A DNA stretch of 64,000 nucleotides from assembly GCA_000004985.1 (NCBI GenBank), contig GG738873.1; one strand, given 5' to 3'. The notes beneath the pieces are model-generated. The model ran no database searches. It worked only from the letters and a program-made list of their open reading frames with translations, and was not told the DNA's origin. Position numbers and translations under genes: made by a program. This stretch comes from Naegleria gruberi (lineage: Eukaryota). Positions 12,447-23,332 of the stretch are shown here, piece after piece (position 1 is the stretch's first letter; the number at the start of each line of letters is the position of its first letter).

Positions 12447-15400
12447 ATGCAAAAGGTTTTCAAGCGAGTTGAAAAATTCATCTCAACACCCCATTCCGAT
12501 GATGATCGCTCAATGGTGGATACGGTCACTGAGAAATTGTATGAAGAATTGAAAAAGTGTTTGGAAGTGGTGGCGAAAACAAATGGTGATGATGGATTAA
12601 AGTTTGTAAAATTAATGATAATTTCAATGATTGCTCATCAGAGTGGTGATGGAAATAATCAGAAGAATAATAATAGTAATGGAAGGAAGGAATTAATAGG
12701 GAATTTAATGACGGAATTTGTGAAGAATTGTTGTAGGATTGAATTGAGAAGTGTAGGTAAAACACTCTTATTTGATGTGATGATAATATTTGGTTGGTTA
12801 ATAATATTAATTGGAAAAGAGGATTGAAAATACATTTAGAAAATTAAATAATAATTGGGGAAATAATTCGAATGGGGAGAATCAAGAAAAAGTGGTGGGG
12901 AAATTATTGATGGATCGATTGAGTAGTCAATTGATTTTTAATTCGGCCAAGTTTCAGTCTTTGAATTTCTTATTGGATGAGTAAGTGAGTTGGAGTTTAA
13001 ATTTATTGACTTGCAAAGTTCCAATTATTTATTATCATTATATGTGTATTTTCAAAATTTAATAGAGACAGATGCGAGTGTAAATATAATTCCAAGAGAT
13101 TTGAAAAGTAGTTTTCAATTGTTGGAACAGTATTGTGAAAAATTTCACAATGCAGAACTGATTAATATATTGTACAAATTAAAAAAAATAGCTGAAGAAC
13201 AAGAGTTGATAGAGTATTCACATTTGACAATTATTGAAACAGCCAAGATGGAGTTAGAGTGGAAGGAAATGAATGACAGGAAATCATCCTCTCAGAGGAA
13301 AATGGAAATACTTTCATCCTTATTTTCCAATGTAAATAGTAATTATTCGGACGATTCATTTGAGGAATTATTTCAAACTTTTGAAAAGATATATAGACAA
13401 GCAATTAGAAAAATAACAAAGAGTCAACCCACGAAAATTAATGAAAATTTGAAAAAGGGAATACTGACATTTGATTTCATTCACAAAATGGCTCAACATT
13501 CCATTCCATTTATCTCGGTAAATCAAGGCGAACTAAATTTATCCAAAGCAGAGGTAAACCTAGAGTTTGAAGAAGAGGATGAGATCAATAATTCTGATTT
13601 TATGACCAATCTCGGTGATACAACTCTACAGGTGTTATCAAATATAGAATCATACGTTGGAACGTCATTTCTCAACTATGAGAAAATATCTCCTGCCATG
13701 AGTGCTCACTTAAAACACAAATTTCTTTCCCAAGTTAGTGAAGCTTTAAAATATGAAAAGGTCAACCCTACACTTGAAAAGACACTTCCCTCAATAAGAG
13801 AGAAAACAGTGAAGAAGATACAGGACTCATTCCATGTCGATCCAACACTGAGCTTTGTTTTTGGAACACCCTCGACCGACAAGGATGGCAAGTTAATTAC
13901 AAATAACAGTAGGAAAAATTTATTCTTAAAGAGAGACGATGTGAACACTTACTTGGAACTAGTGGACAATACCTTTATACAGGAGAATTACTATTCTATT
14001 GAAAATGATTCGATTATTGGAGAAAGCAGTAAGGAAGATTTGCTTGATTGTTGGAGAGCCGAATTCAAAACACGGCAACTCCATAGTATACCAGCAATCC
14101 AAATGAAAGACGTACTCTTCACTTCCTCCTTATTTATGGATCCTTTGAATATTGAAATGCTCATATCCTCGAACCTTGAACCAAAAAATCCAATTCTCCA
14201 ATTAATTCAAGCTCAAAGTATATCAACACATGAGGATTACATTGGAAAATTGAAAGGATTATTCAAATATAACAACTTACAGTGGATGGGAACATATCAT
14301 TCACAGTGCCTACGTGATTTTTTTGGAACTGACTTGATTGATGTTACTAATGTGAATAATGCACGATCTCTCAGCATGTCCATAGATTTGGATAATCTCT
14401 CAAGTATTGCATACTCATTTCTCAAAATCTCTGAAAATCACCGTAGCTTGTGCAATCAGGTATTTGAAGAAAATAATTCGAGCGCTCTATGGAGAGACTT
14501 TTACCTTGATAATTACCAAGTTCTAAACCCTATGAAAGATCTATCAGAATCCATTCTAGAAAATAGTATCCAGCACACAACTTCATTGAGAATTTTAAAA
14601 GAGATTGGAACCCACCAAAGTAATAATGAAGTGAGCAGTAATTGTGATTGGATTTCTCTAATGAAGTCTATAGCCAACAAACTCCATTTTAACAAATCTA
14701 TATTCTGTAACTTTGTGGATGAATTGGATAAAGCAACAGTGAAGTCTAATTTTTTGGAATTATCATCAATAATAATGAAATTCTATTACTCAATTCATCA
14801 AGTAATGACAGAATTAGTTGAGATTTTGCAAACACAATCCATAAGCGAATTATTCATTGTTTTATTGTTAATATCCTCCATTGGAAACAAAACATACTCT
14901 ATTATTGATTTCAGCTTTTCTAATGCGCTGAAATCTCGATATTTTCATACTCGGTTTGTTGAATTGATACTGCATCTGCTGCACCAACAAGATGATGAGT
15001 GCAAATTCCAATCAATAGCTAAGGACATTCAAATGTTATCATTTCTGAATGTATGCTTGATTGGATTTAGAGATGGTCTCTTCCTTTCCAAGATTAAAAT
15101 TGCTAGAGCCATTTCTATGGAACTAATTTCCAATACTCAATCAATCAATAGATCATATTTAGAATCTCCAATTTTAAATATTTGCAAAATACGAATAGGA
15201 AATAATTACATGCTCTCAAATAGAACCACTGCAAGGTTACTAGTTTATAATCACTTGAAAATTGTGAATGAAAAGTCAAAAGAAATGAAATCCATTGAAG
15301 ACAAACTACTTTTGGAAAATATGTTTGTGGAAAGCAAAACTCATGAATCTAAAACTACGAAAAGCGACAAGAACACTTTAAAAGGCGTAAATTTGATATC

Positions 15401-16859
15401 CATCAAGGATCAACAAGTTGTGAAAAACTCTTACAAATTTTTGGATGATCAGCTTAAAGAAATTATTCATGAAATGCGACCAAAATCACAAAAAAGTCAC
15501 CAACCGATTCTAAATGATGAGAAGGATGACTTTGAAGACATTCTGGATAGTTTATCATCAGTTTGTGAAGTTATTATTGTACCCTCTGAAGATTCTGAGA
15601 CTCTGACACGCTCTCCATCAAAAGTGAAGAAAATGCTATTGGAATCATTGCCCTCATTACTTTTTGAGATGTTACACACTTTTCCAGACTCTGTAAATCA
15701 TTGGCTTTCCTTCATTGTGCAACAGACCATGTCATTTCTTAAAACTTTAGAGTGTTGTCAAATAATTTCACTCAAATTCAAAATTCATGGAGAAAAGTCT
15801 GTACAATTAACCAGTAGAAAGGTTAGCTTTGTGGACATTTCCATGTTCTTGGCCATGCAATGCGCAAACGCTTTATTTCAAACCATACGGAAGAATATTG
15901 AACCTTTTAGCAAGATTTTATTCGAAATGTGCCTCATTGTCGAAAACTTTCTCATTCCAGATAATGAAGCCAACAATGCCTCCCAAAACATTCAATCCTT
16001 GAAGGCCAAACTAGAGAAATACGCTCTCACAATCCAAGAAATACTGAAACCAGACTCTCATTACATAATTCAATCAATAAGAAATCAAGTTGGTCAAGAA
16101 GAATTCATTGATATTATCAATCATTTACAAGTGGAAAATGAGGAAGGCCTTTCCCAAATATTGGAACATGAAATATTATCCTTCACCAAACAACACATTA
16201 TACAGGAACGTTTATTGGACTATCACTTGTGTATGAATCAATTTTATGGAGAATATTTGGAAAATATGATTCCTCTTGGTGAAACTATAGAGTATTTGAA
16301 ACTTTCAATATACGAAACAAATATTCCAATGCCAAATCGTCATTATTGGAGAGAACAGCTCTTTTTGAGTTTGGATTTTGAAGAGTACGCAGAAATACTC
16401 CAACAAGTACTTGATAGCTGTCCTAAGGATTTGGATGAGAATGCAGAATCGAGTACATTAATTCTACTCCAACAATTAATTCTCGTGTTGGGTAATTATC
16501 CATTTCACAAGCTACTCACATCTACTGAGAATGATAGTATTCCCTATCTTCATCCGATTATTCATTCGTCAGTGATATCAAAAATTGCCTCTGATCCTCT
16601 CATTCAACAAGAAATTACAAACATGAAACCTTCACTCAAAGTATTGGTGGGAAAGTTATTTGATGCCTTGATTAGAAAGTGTTGTCAAGCCAAAATGGAA
16701 TTCAACATGAACTATATCAAATCTGTCAAGCACGAATTAATCAAATCCTTACATGAATCACACAATTTAGCTGAAAACTATCGTGCATCCAATATGGTTC
16801 TATCAGATAAGTTACACAATTTTCTAATTAAAAACTATTCAAGAGGAGGAGAGGAATAA
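12447..16859 (+). CDS. Large hypothetical protein; predicted exons 12447-12752, 12820-12980, 13019-16859
   Basis: The 1289-codon ORF 12990..16859 has no recognisable domain. Upstream ORF 12447..12827 and an open intermediate frame (KLNNNWGNNSNGENQEKVVGKLLMDRLSSQLIFNSAKFQSLNFLLD) can be joined through two phase-consistent introns: GTAGGT..AAAAG (67 nt) and GTAAGT..AAAG (38 nt). The 5' exon assignment is an inference. Confidence 0.45.
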
Positions 16860-17265
16860 ATGCCTCTCTATTTGCCATTATCGTATTACCATTGCTTATT
16901 AAATAACATATTTTTTATACATGCCTTTTGGAACTTGTGTATTGGAAATGGTTTAAGGGAAAATGCATTAAGACCAAATTAAGGAAGCCTTGTCGTGACC
17001 TAAGAGGATCGACCCTCCTCTTCTATTACAGTGTTTTTATGAAGATATTTGTGCGTGTTAAGGATCATTTTAGCAAAGGAATACTGAAAGTCCATCCTTT
17101 CCAATTGAACCAATGGTGCAGTTTGCAGAAGAACAAAACCTTGAGCAATTGATGGTAAATTTTGTTTATAATTTCACATTCTCACATTCACTAATCATGA
17201 TCATATGTGCGTATGATGCTTCAACACTAAAATCTGGTTGATAGAATGAGAATTGAGCCATCAGA

Positions 17266-18264
17266 TTAATAGGAAACCATTTTAGAAAGACCTTGTTGCA
17301 AATAATGTGGATCATTGCCTCTGTAAAGTTGAAGCAAGTCCTCCTTAACAGGGCTCTTCAAAGGGAACAGTCTCTTTCTCTTTGACTTTCTGACATCAGT
17401 CGAGAGAGCAGAGAGAGCTTCCAATTTTTGAATGAGACCATTATTTTCATCTTGTCTTGAAAGGATGGCTTGCAAAACGCAAGGATAAGATGTTGATTCC
17501 TCCTCTTCATAAACAATAGAATCATTCGATGAAGTATTGATTTTTGCTGATTCCTTCTTGATGGCACCTTCATTTGAAGGGAGAGCATCCTCATCTTCCT
17601 TGATATCTGTAGATTGCAATTTGTTTTCCTTACTCGTTCCTTTGTGGATTCTGTGGGCCAAGCTCGATGAGCTTCCACTGCTTCCAGAGGAAGCATAACC
17701 ATTAAATGCAGTTTCTTGCATTTCTAAATGAGGTAAAGTATGAGATGATGCTCTGCCAGTATTACCAGATTCATTCAAAGCAGGTGATGAAGTTTCAAAT
17801 GAACGATCGTCAGCAGATTGTTTCTTTGCAACAATTGGCTTTCTATTGCTACTGCTGCTATGATTACTCAGCTTTTCTTCATCACTCTTTTCCTCTTCTT
17901 CCTCCTCCTCTTCTTCTTCTTCAACTTCAATTTCTTCTTCTTCCTCATCTTCATCCTCTTCATCATCAGATGGTACTCTTCTCTTTACACTTGGTTTTGA
18001 CTTTTTTCTCTTTGAGAAGGAGGTAGTCTTTTTCTTTCTCTTTCCTTGTGAACTCTTTGATCCACCTCCTTCTTTCTGTTTACGATGCTTGTACCATAAT
18101 CTGTAGCATCTATCACATAATTCTCCTTGTGACAAGTCTCTTTCAAAGAATGAACAGAGCACATCTACATTCTTTGGGTGGACTTTGTATCTGCAGCTGA
18201 ATATAGTTGGTGGGTGTGTTCGCGAGCACACAACACACATGCGATCTTTATGAGCCTTAGACAT
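17266..18264 (-). CDS. Hypothetical acidic nuclear-type protein with an N-terminal Cys-rich (CxxC...CxxC) zinc-finger-like motif and a poly-Glu tract
   Basis: Complete 332-aa ORF. N-terminus reads MSKAHKDRMCVVCSRTHPP..LCDRCYRLWYKHRK. It has a lysine-rich basic stretch (nuclear-localisation-like) and an E/D run (the GAA repeat at ~17880-17960 is coding). No specific family was recognised. Confidence 0.5.
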   Translation of the reverse strand: MSKAHKDRMCVVCSRTHPPTIFSCRYKVHPKNVDVLCSFFERDLSQGELCDRCYRLWYKHRKQKEGGGSKSSQGKRKKKTTSFSKRKKSKPSVKRRVPSDDEEDEDEEEEEIEVEEEEEEEEEEEKSDEEKLSNHSSSSNRKPIVAKKQSADDRSFETSSPALNESGNTGRASSHTLPHLEMQETAFNGYASSGSSGSSSSLAHRIHKGTSKENKLQSTDIKEDEDALPSNEGAIKKESAKINTSSNDSIVYEEEESTSYPCVLQAILSRQDENNGLIQKLEALSALSTDVRKSKRKRLFPLKSPVKEDLLQLYRGNDPHYLQQGLSKMVSY

Positions 18265-18765
18265 TGTTATCTATCTGTTCATGACGATGATGATTTTGAT
18301 TTGGTGTTGTATGGAATTGATTTAATGCATTAAACATTGAAATCCATCATTAGAACATTAAAAAGATATGCAATACCTACATGATGATCAATGGTAATAG
18401 TATTAAACAACTTTCTCTCGTAATATACAATAATATCTCTCGAATATAATGCAAAATGCAAATGCTATACAAAAAAATCTATCTACAAATTCTACTTCTT
18501 CTTCAAAAGACGTCTTTCCCTTTGAGTTGTATCAGAGCAATATAACACAATAGCAATCCACTGTATATGAAATGTTACTTGTTCTTCAGCGCGTTTCTAT
18601 CAACGTGTGAGGGAGACTCCAATTGTGTCTTTTTTTTAATGATGATTTTGGCTAATCTGGGATGATTTGGTGTGTACCTCTGAATTGCTGAACAATTTCG
18701 CTGCAAGCGCGCTCTTCTCTCAGCTAAGTTTTTCTCTCGGCGCACCAAGTTGTTGTTGTGTTGGA

Positions 18766-19400
18766 AATGCATTTTGCATGATGGTTGTTGTGTTGATGGC
18801 AAAAAGCATCAATTTACAAACTTACACGGATCGTAAAGTTGTTATAATTAGCCATTTTTAAGACGCTACACGCACCTTTATCTCCTAAAGATTTCATCGA
18901 AAATTTGATGGCTGCAGTTAGACTAGAAATTGGTGCAGCATAATTGTTGCACACAGTTGATATCAGAAAATGCATTCCAGTTGAATGGATAACAAAATGC
19001 ATTTCTTGTAATTTGGATTCTTGGAGAAAGAAAAGTTCTCGGATTGAATTTTGGTCCGGCCTAATTGTTTTGCATGACAGGTTGGAAATTTCAATGGAAA
19101 TAGTGTCGTTTTGAAATTGTTGCTTGCATTTTCAATGCATGACTTTCACTGCATGATAAATATCCATATGCATGATTCGTTCGTCCTCTTCTATATTGTA
19201 TTAATAGCAGTGATGCACTCATTTTGATTATTAAATGGAGTTGGATAATTTGCATTTCAATGGAGAACCAATCAGGTAATCATGCAGGAAATTTGGAAGT
19301 TTTCAGAGTGGTTCACATTGCGAAATATTCTCAATGCATTTCTTAACTGTTGTCATGCATACCAATCTCCAATTCACAATCAACAAACAACAAATGCATG
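18766..19400. promoter_or_regulatory. Upstream region of gene 17266..18264 enriched in ATGCAT / TGCATG-core motifs
   Basis: About 15 occurrences of the TGCAT core within ~650 bp, for example aatgcattttgcatgatgg, aaaatgcattcc, aaaatgcatttc, ttttgcatgac, caatgcatgactttcactgcatgataaatatccatatgcatgattc, caatgcatttc, tgtcatgcatac and caaatgcatgacg. This is far above what AT-rich background would give. Function is inferred. Confidence 0.3.
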
Positions 19401-19761
19401 ACGATTTTTGAATTGTGGCCAGACCTCGCTTATGGGAAATTCCAATACCGTATCCTTTAGTTTCTTTTTTGGCAAAATATTCAAAATAGTTGTCAAAAAT
19501 CAATTTCGGCAAATGACCTACAATATAATCAATCTCTCATGTGTCTCACTGTTAATTTGGAAAACTAAAAGCACAACGCGTAACCATGTGAAATCGTTAG
19601 TATTAATCAAAACAATCATACAAAAACGAAGAGCCTGGTATTATTATCTTTCTCACTTTTAAATGATTTATGTTTAATGTTGTCCTTGTCATAAATGTAA
19701 TTTTAAATGTTCGGAAAAGATTTATTTACATTTCAACAGAAAACAATCATCATTAAAAAAC

Positions 19762-22700
19762 CTAGTTGGTTGTTGCTTGAGGTTTTTGCATTTCAACATC
19801 TCTGGTCACTGAAACAGTTGAAGCATTGGATGCAGCCTTGTTAGAAGTACACTTCCACAAAACAATAACAACAATCAATGCAATCACCAACACTACAATA
19901 ATTGCAAAACCAACCACTGATGCAATAATTGCTCCAATATCTCCTGGAGTTAACGTAACACCAGTATTATCAGCATTCAAAGCTCCGGTTGCTTGGGCTT
20001 GCAATGGTTCGGGAATGAAGATGTGAGTTGACAATTTGGTGAACATGACTCTTTCCTTCTCAGTTTCAAAGTTTGGATAAATAGGAAGCTTAATCTTCAT
20101 AGTTTGTGGATTTTCGAGGACAACCTTGTGCTTATTAAGAGAAACACTATATGAAAGCATTGGAAGAATGATATTATTCCAGTTGGAGTGTTCTTCTTGT
20201 GTCTTGATACTGTTAATGAACTTGACAAATGAGTTTGCATTTCCAATATAGTGTTGATTGAAAGTATATTGAGCATCATTGACAAGGACACAGAGGTAAA
20301 TATTGTGTTCCTTTGTCAAATCAGAGAATTCCAATTCATCAGTATATTTTCCTTCATTATTGGTAAACTTGATTGAAACAGTAATGTTTTCATTCTTTAG
20401 TTCACTAAAGTGAATAGTTCCAGAGACTGTGTCTTGTAAGTTTCTCATGACAGCCCTAGATTCTACACGCATATAGACGGTTCCTTCCATGAGACCAGTA
20501 TTGGATTGCTTTGAGAAGCCAAAAACATTGGTTCTACTCGACTTGGAAGTGTAGAGACTTTCCAATTTGTTTTCTTCAGACTGCAACTTATAGCCAATAT
20601 AACCTTGAGTAGAATTTTCCATACCAATAACCATACCTAGACTACCGAAAGAGTTTCCTCTGTCTATGGCCAAACCAAATGGTGAAAGAGTTGAGTATTT
20701 GAATGACGTGTCAGCAGTTAAATCTAATTGATAGATTTCTAATGGTTCAATAAGGAGTTCTAATTCTGCAAATGATCCCGACACTTCAAGGTAAATAACC
20801 TTTGGAATGGAATTCAATGAGTTTCCAGTCTTTGACAAGGTGACAGCACTGGTCATGGCAATCATTGATGCAGTACTAAATGATGAGCCAGTCAACATTT
20901 TAATGGTAACATCAGCATTCTTAGGTAAGATTGGTGTTACGACAAATGAATGGAGGGATTGAGAAATTCCAGTATTTGGAACATACATGATAGCAGTTCT
21001 GGATTGAACACCATCAAAGACATGTCTAACAGTCTTACCACTGTTACCCTTATAGACTGGGAAGACAGTAAGTGTAGAATCGCTTCCAGTATAAGTGAGG
21101 AATAATGGGAATGAATTGGCTTTAACTTCCAAAAGATTTCCAACAAGAGTTCCATCATTAAGAGTGAGTTGACCAACTGATAAGCTAAATGACAAATAGT
21201 CTGGAACAATAGAAGGAATATCAATCAAAATGAGACCTGATCTAATCTTTACAGATTTTCCGAATTGAATAGAACTTCTATAATAATTGAAATTGACTGA
21301 AACTTGCTCTGTTTCTTCCTTACTGATAATGACCTTAACAATGTTAGTATTTTCAGCGACAAGATTTTGGAATGGAATTTGAACACTTTCTTGAGAAATT
21401 TCATAAGAAACAGAACCATAAGAAATTTGACATGCAACGGTAAAGCCCAAATTCAAAGTAATGCCATCATAGTAATCAAAGTTATCGGCGGCAATTGAGA
21501 TTTGTCTGGCAACAATTGTTGAATTATCAGTGATAGTTTCAACAATATTCTGCATTTCACTCACATCATAGATATAATCAATAGCCATAGTGTTTTCAAT
21601 GGATCTTCTTGACTTTTTCAAGCAGATACCACACAGTGAGCTAATGGCAGTTTCAGAAACAATTGGAAAGTCGTAAGTATAACCGTCCCATATGGTATAA
21701 TCATACAATTCAATTTCATCAATACCAACTTCACCATCAATACCCCAATAGACATTCATACCAAGTTTACAACCTGATTTTGGATTAGTTTGAGTTTTGA
21801 CATTAATGTATGGATTAATCTTAAAAATAATTGGGAATAATTCATAGAATGTAATATATAGAGTTGGTTCAAGAGTTGCCTTAGCTTGAGTTTGAAGAGA
21901 AAGATATTCACTCACTCTGAGACCACCACTAACTGATCCACTAGTTGTAGTCTTTTTATGGTTTCCCTCAATATATTCAAAACCTGCAGAGCCAGATCTT
22001 GTATAATCGCTTGTAAAGCTGACAGATGCACTGGCCTCCAAGTAGATTTTCAAACCGACTCCCATTCCAATTGCCATCTCAACAGGCAAAGGTCCAACAG
22101 CAAAGGCAGCAGTGTAAAAGTCCTTCTTCTTCATCAACTCAAATTCTCTTTCATATTTGCCTGTGGCCGTAACCTTCAAAGTTGGAAGTGTAACTCTCAA
22201 GGCATAAAAACCAGTACCTCTAGCAGTGTCTAGAATTTCCCATGGCATGTCAGTTTCAATGTATATATAATAACCAGCATAGAAACTAAAGAAACAATTG
22301 GTACATTCAAAGGTAAGGAATGAATAGGACATTGTAACTGACGATTGATCATAGGTAGGAATATTATTTGTGTAGAGAATCTTTCCCTTGCTATCTCTTT
22401 TCACATTCCAACCAATTTCAAATGCCTTATCATTGCTAGCAGAGCCAGAGAATCTTCCATTCTTGGCAACATAACCTAGTGGTCTACTCTTTAATAATTT
22501 GAGTTTTGAAAAGACTTGGAGGAGGGATAATTTACCAGTTTCTAATTGGAAATAAGTAATGCCATTCTCCTTGTTGTAAATCAACTCTGATTTGGTGACT
22601 AATCTGTAGAGAACTTTTTCATCAGTCTCTGCTTGATCATTGAGAGAGTGATCATAACAGGCAAAACTCTTCTTGCTTGAAACAAGCAAATTTCCAACAG

Positions 22701-23118
22701 CAAGATGATTCTTCATCATTTCAACATGATTTGGAACAGAGGCATCTGGTCTAATATACAAAATATTCCTAGTACAACCAATATCCATCACATATGGGTG
22801 ATAGTCAAGATTGTAGGTATCAAAGGCTAAAACAGCATCATACATGAATTGCTCAGAGCTTGGGGTTTCTTCAGTGTAACGAGCATTCCAAGGATTCTTA
22901 GAGGTAAAACGTTGCTGGGCCTTATTAAGATAGGGAATACTTTGAGGATTTCTCTTCGAAATAGATGGTAATGTTCTACCATTCTTGATTCTGAAGAGGA
23001 AATAATCTGAGGGTGTTTCAAAGTTTGGTCGTGTTGTCGTGCTTTCAGCTATTAAGAATCCCACTAAAAAACAAGTTATCCACACAAAGAGGATGGATTT
23101 TAGTAGAAGCCTAATCAT
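19762..23118 (-). CDS. Large type-I membrane glycoprotein, hypothetical
   Basis: Complete 1118-aa ORF with an N-terminal signal peptide (MIRLLLKSILFVWITCFLVGFLIAES). A single C-terminal TM segment (IGAIIASVVGFAIIVVLVIALIVVIVLW) is followed by a short tail. It is Ser/Thr/Asn-rich. No known domain was recognised. Confidence 0.55.
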   Translation of the reverse strand: MIRLLLKSILFVWITCFLVGFLIAESTTTRPNFETPSDYFLFRIKNGRTLPSISKRNPQSIPYLNKAQQRFTSKNPWNARYTEETPSSEQFMYDAVLAFDTYNLDYHPYVMDIGCTRNILYIRPDASVPNHVEMMKNHLAVGNLLVSSKKSFACYDHSLNDQAETDEKVLYRLVTKSELIYNKENGITYFQLETGKLSLLQVFSKLKLLKSRPLGYVAKNGRFSGSASNDKAFEIGWNVKRDSKGKILYTNNIPTYDQSSVTMSYSFLTFECTNCFFSFYAGYYIYIETDMPWEILDTARGTGFYALRVTLPTLKVTATGKYEREFELMKKKDFYTAAFAVGPLPVEMAIGMGVGLKIYLEASASVSFTSDYTRSGSAGFEYIEGNHKKTTTSGSVSGGLRVSEYLSLQTQAKATLEPTLYITFYELFPIIFKINPYINVKTQTNPKSGCKLGMNVYWGIDGEVGIDEIELYDYTIWDGYTYDFPIVSETAISSLCGICLKKSRRSIENTMAIDYIYDVSEMQNIVETITDNSTIVARQISIAADNFDYYDGITLNLGFTVACQISYGSVSYEISQESVQIPFQNLVAENTNIVKVIISKEETEQVSVNFNYYRSSIQFGKSVKIRSGLILIDIPSIVPDYLSFSLSVGQLTLNDGTLVGNLLEVKANSFPLFLTYTGSDSTLTVFPVYKGNSGKTVRHVFDGVQSRTAIMYVPNTGISQSLHSFVVTPILPKNADVTIKMLTGSSFSTASMIAMTSAVTLSKTGNSLNSIPKVIYLEVSGSFAELELLIEPLEIYQLDLTADTSFKYSTLSPFGLAIDRGNSFGSLGMVIGMENSTQGYIGYKLQSEENKLESLYTSKSSRTNVFGFSKQSNTGLMEGTVYMRVESRAVMRNLQDTVSGTIHFSELKNENITVSIKFTNNEGKYTDELEFSDLTKEHNIYLCVLVNDAQYTFNQHYIGNANSFVKFINSIKTQEEHSNWNNIILPMLSYSVSLNKHKVVLENPQTMKIKLPIYPNFETEKERVMFTKLSTHIFIPEPLQAQATGALNADNTGVTLTPGDIGAIIASVVGFAIIVVLVIALIVVIVLWKCTSNKAASNASTVSVTRDVEMQKPQATTN

Positions 23119-23332
23119 TTTTTTTTAATTGTTAAATGATGAACTTGATGAGGAAGAGACTGATTGGCGCGAGTTTGAACCGTAACGATAATTAATCTTG
23201 TTTGTAGATGAAAATATTATTAAGGAAGAGCAACAATATACCGTGGTAAAACTACCAACTAAAAGGCATAATGTTTGATGGAGACATTATTGAGAAGTTA
23301 ATGTTTGACAATGGAAAAAAGGAATATGTTTA

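Noticed and set aside
17880-17960. GAA/GAG simple-sequence repeat
   Set aside because: It is in frame within gene 17266..18264 and encodes a poly-Glu tract. It is a coding feature and need not be treated as a separate microsatellite.
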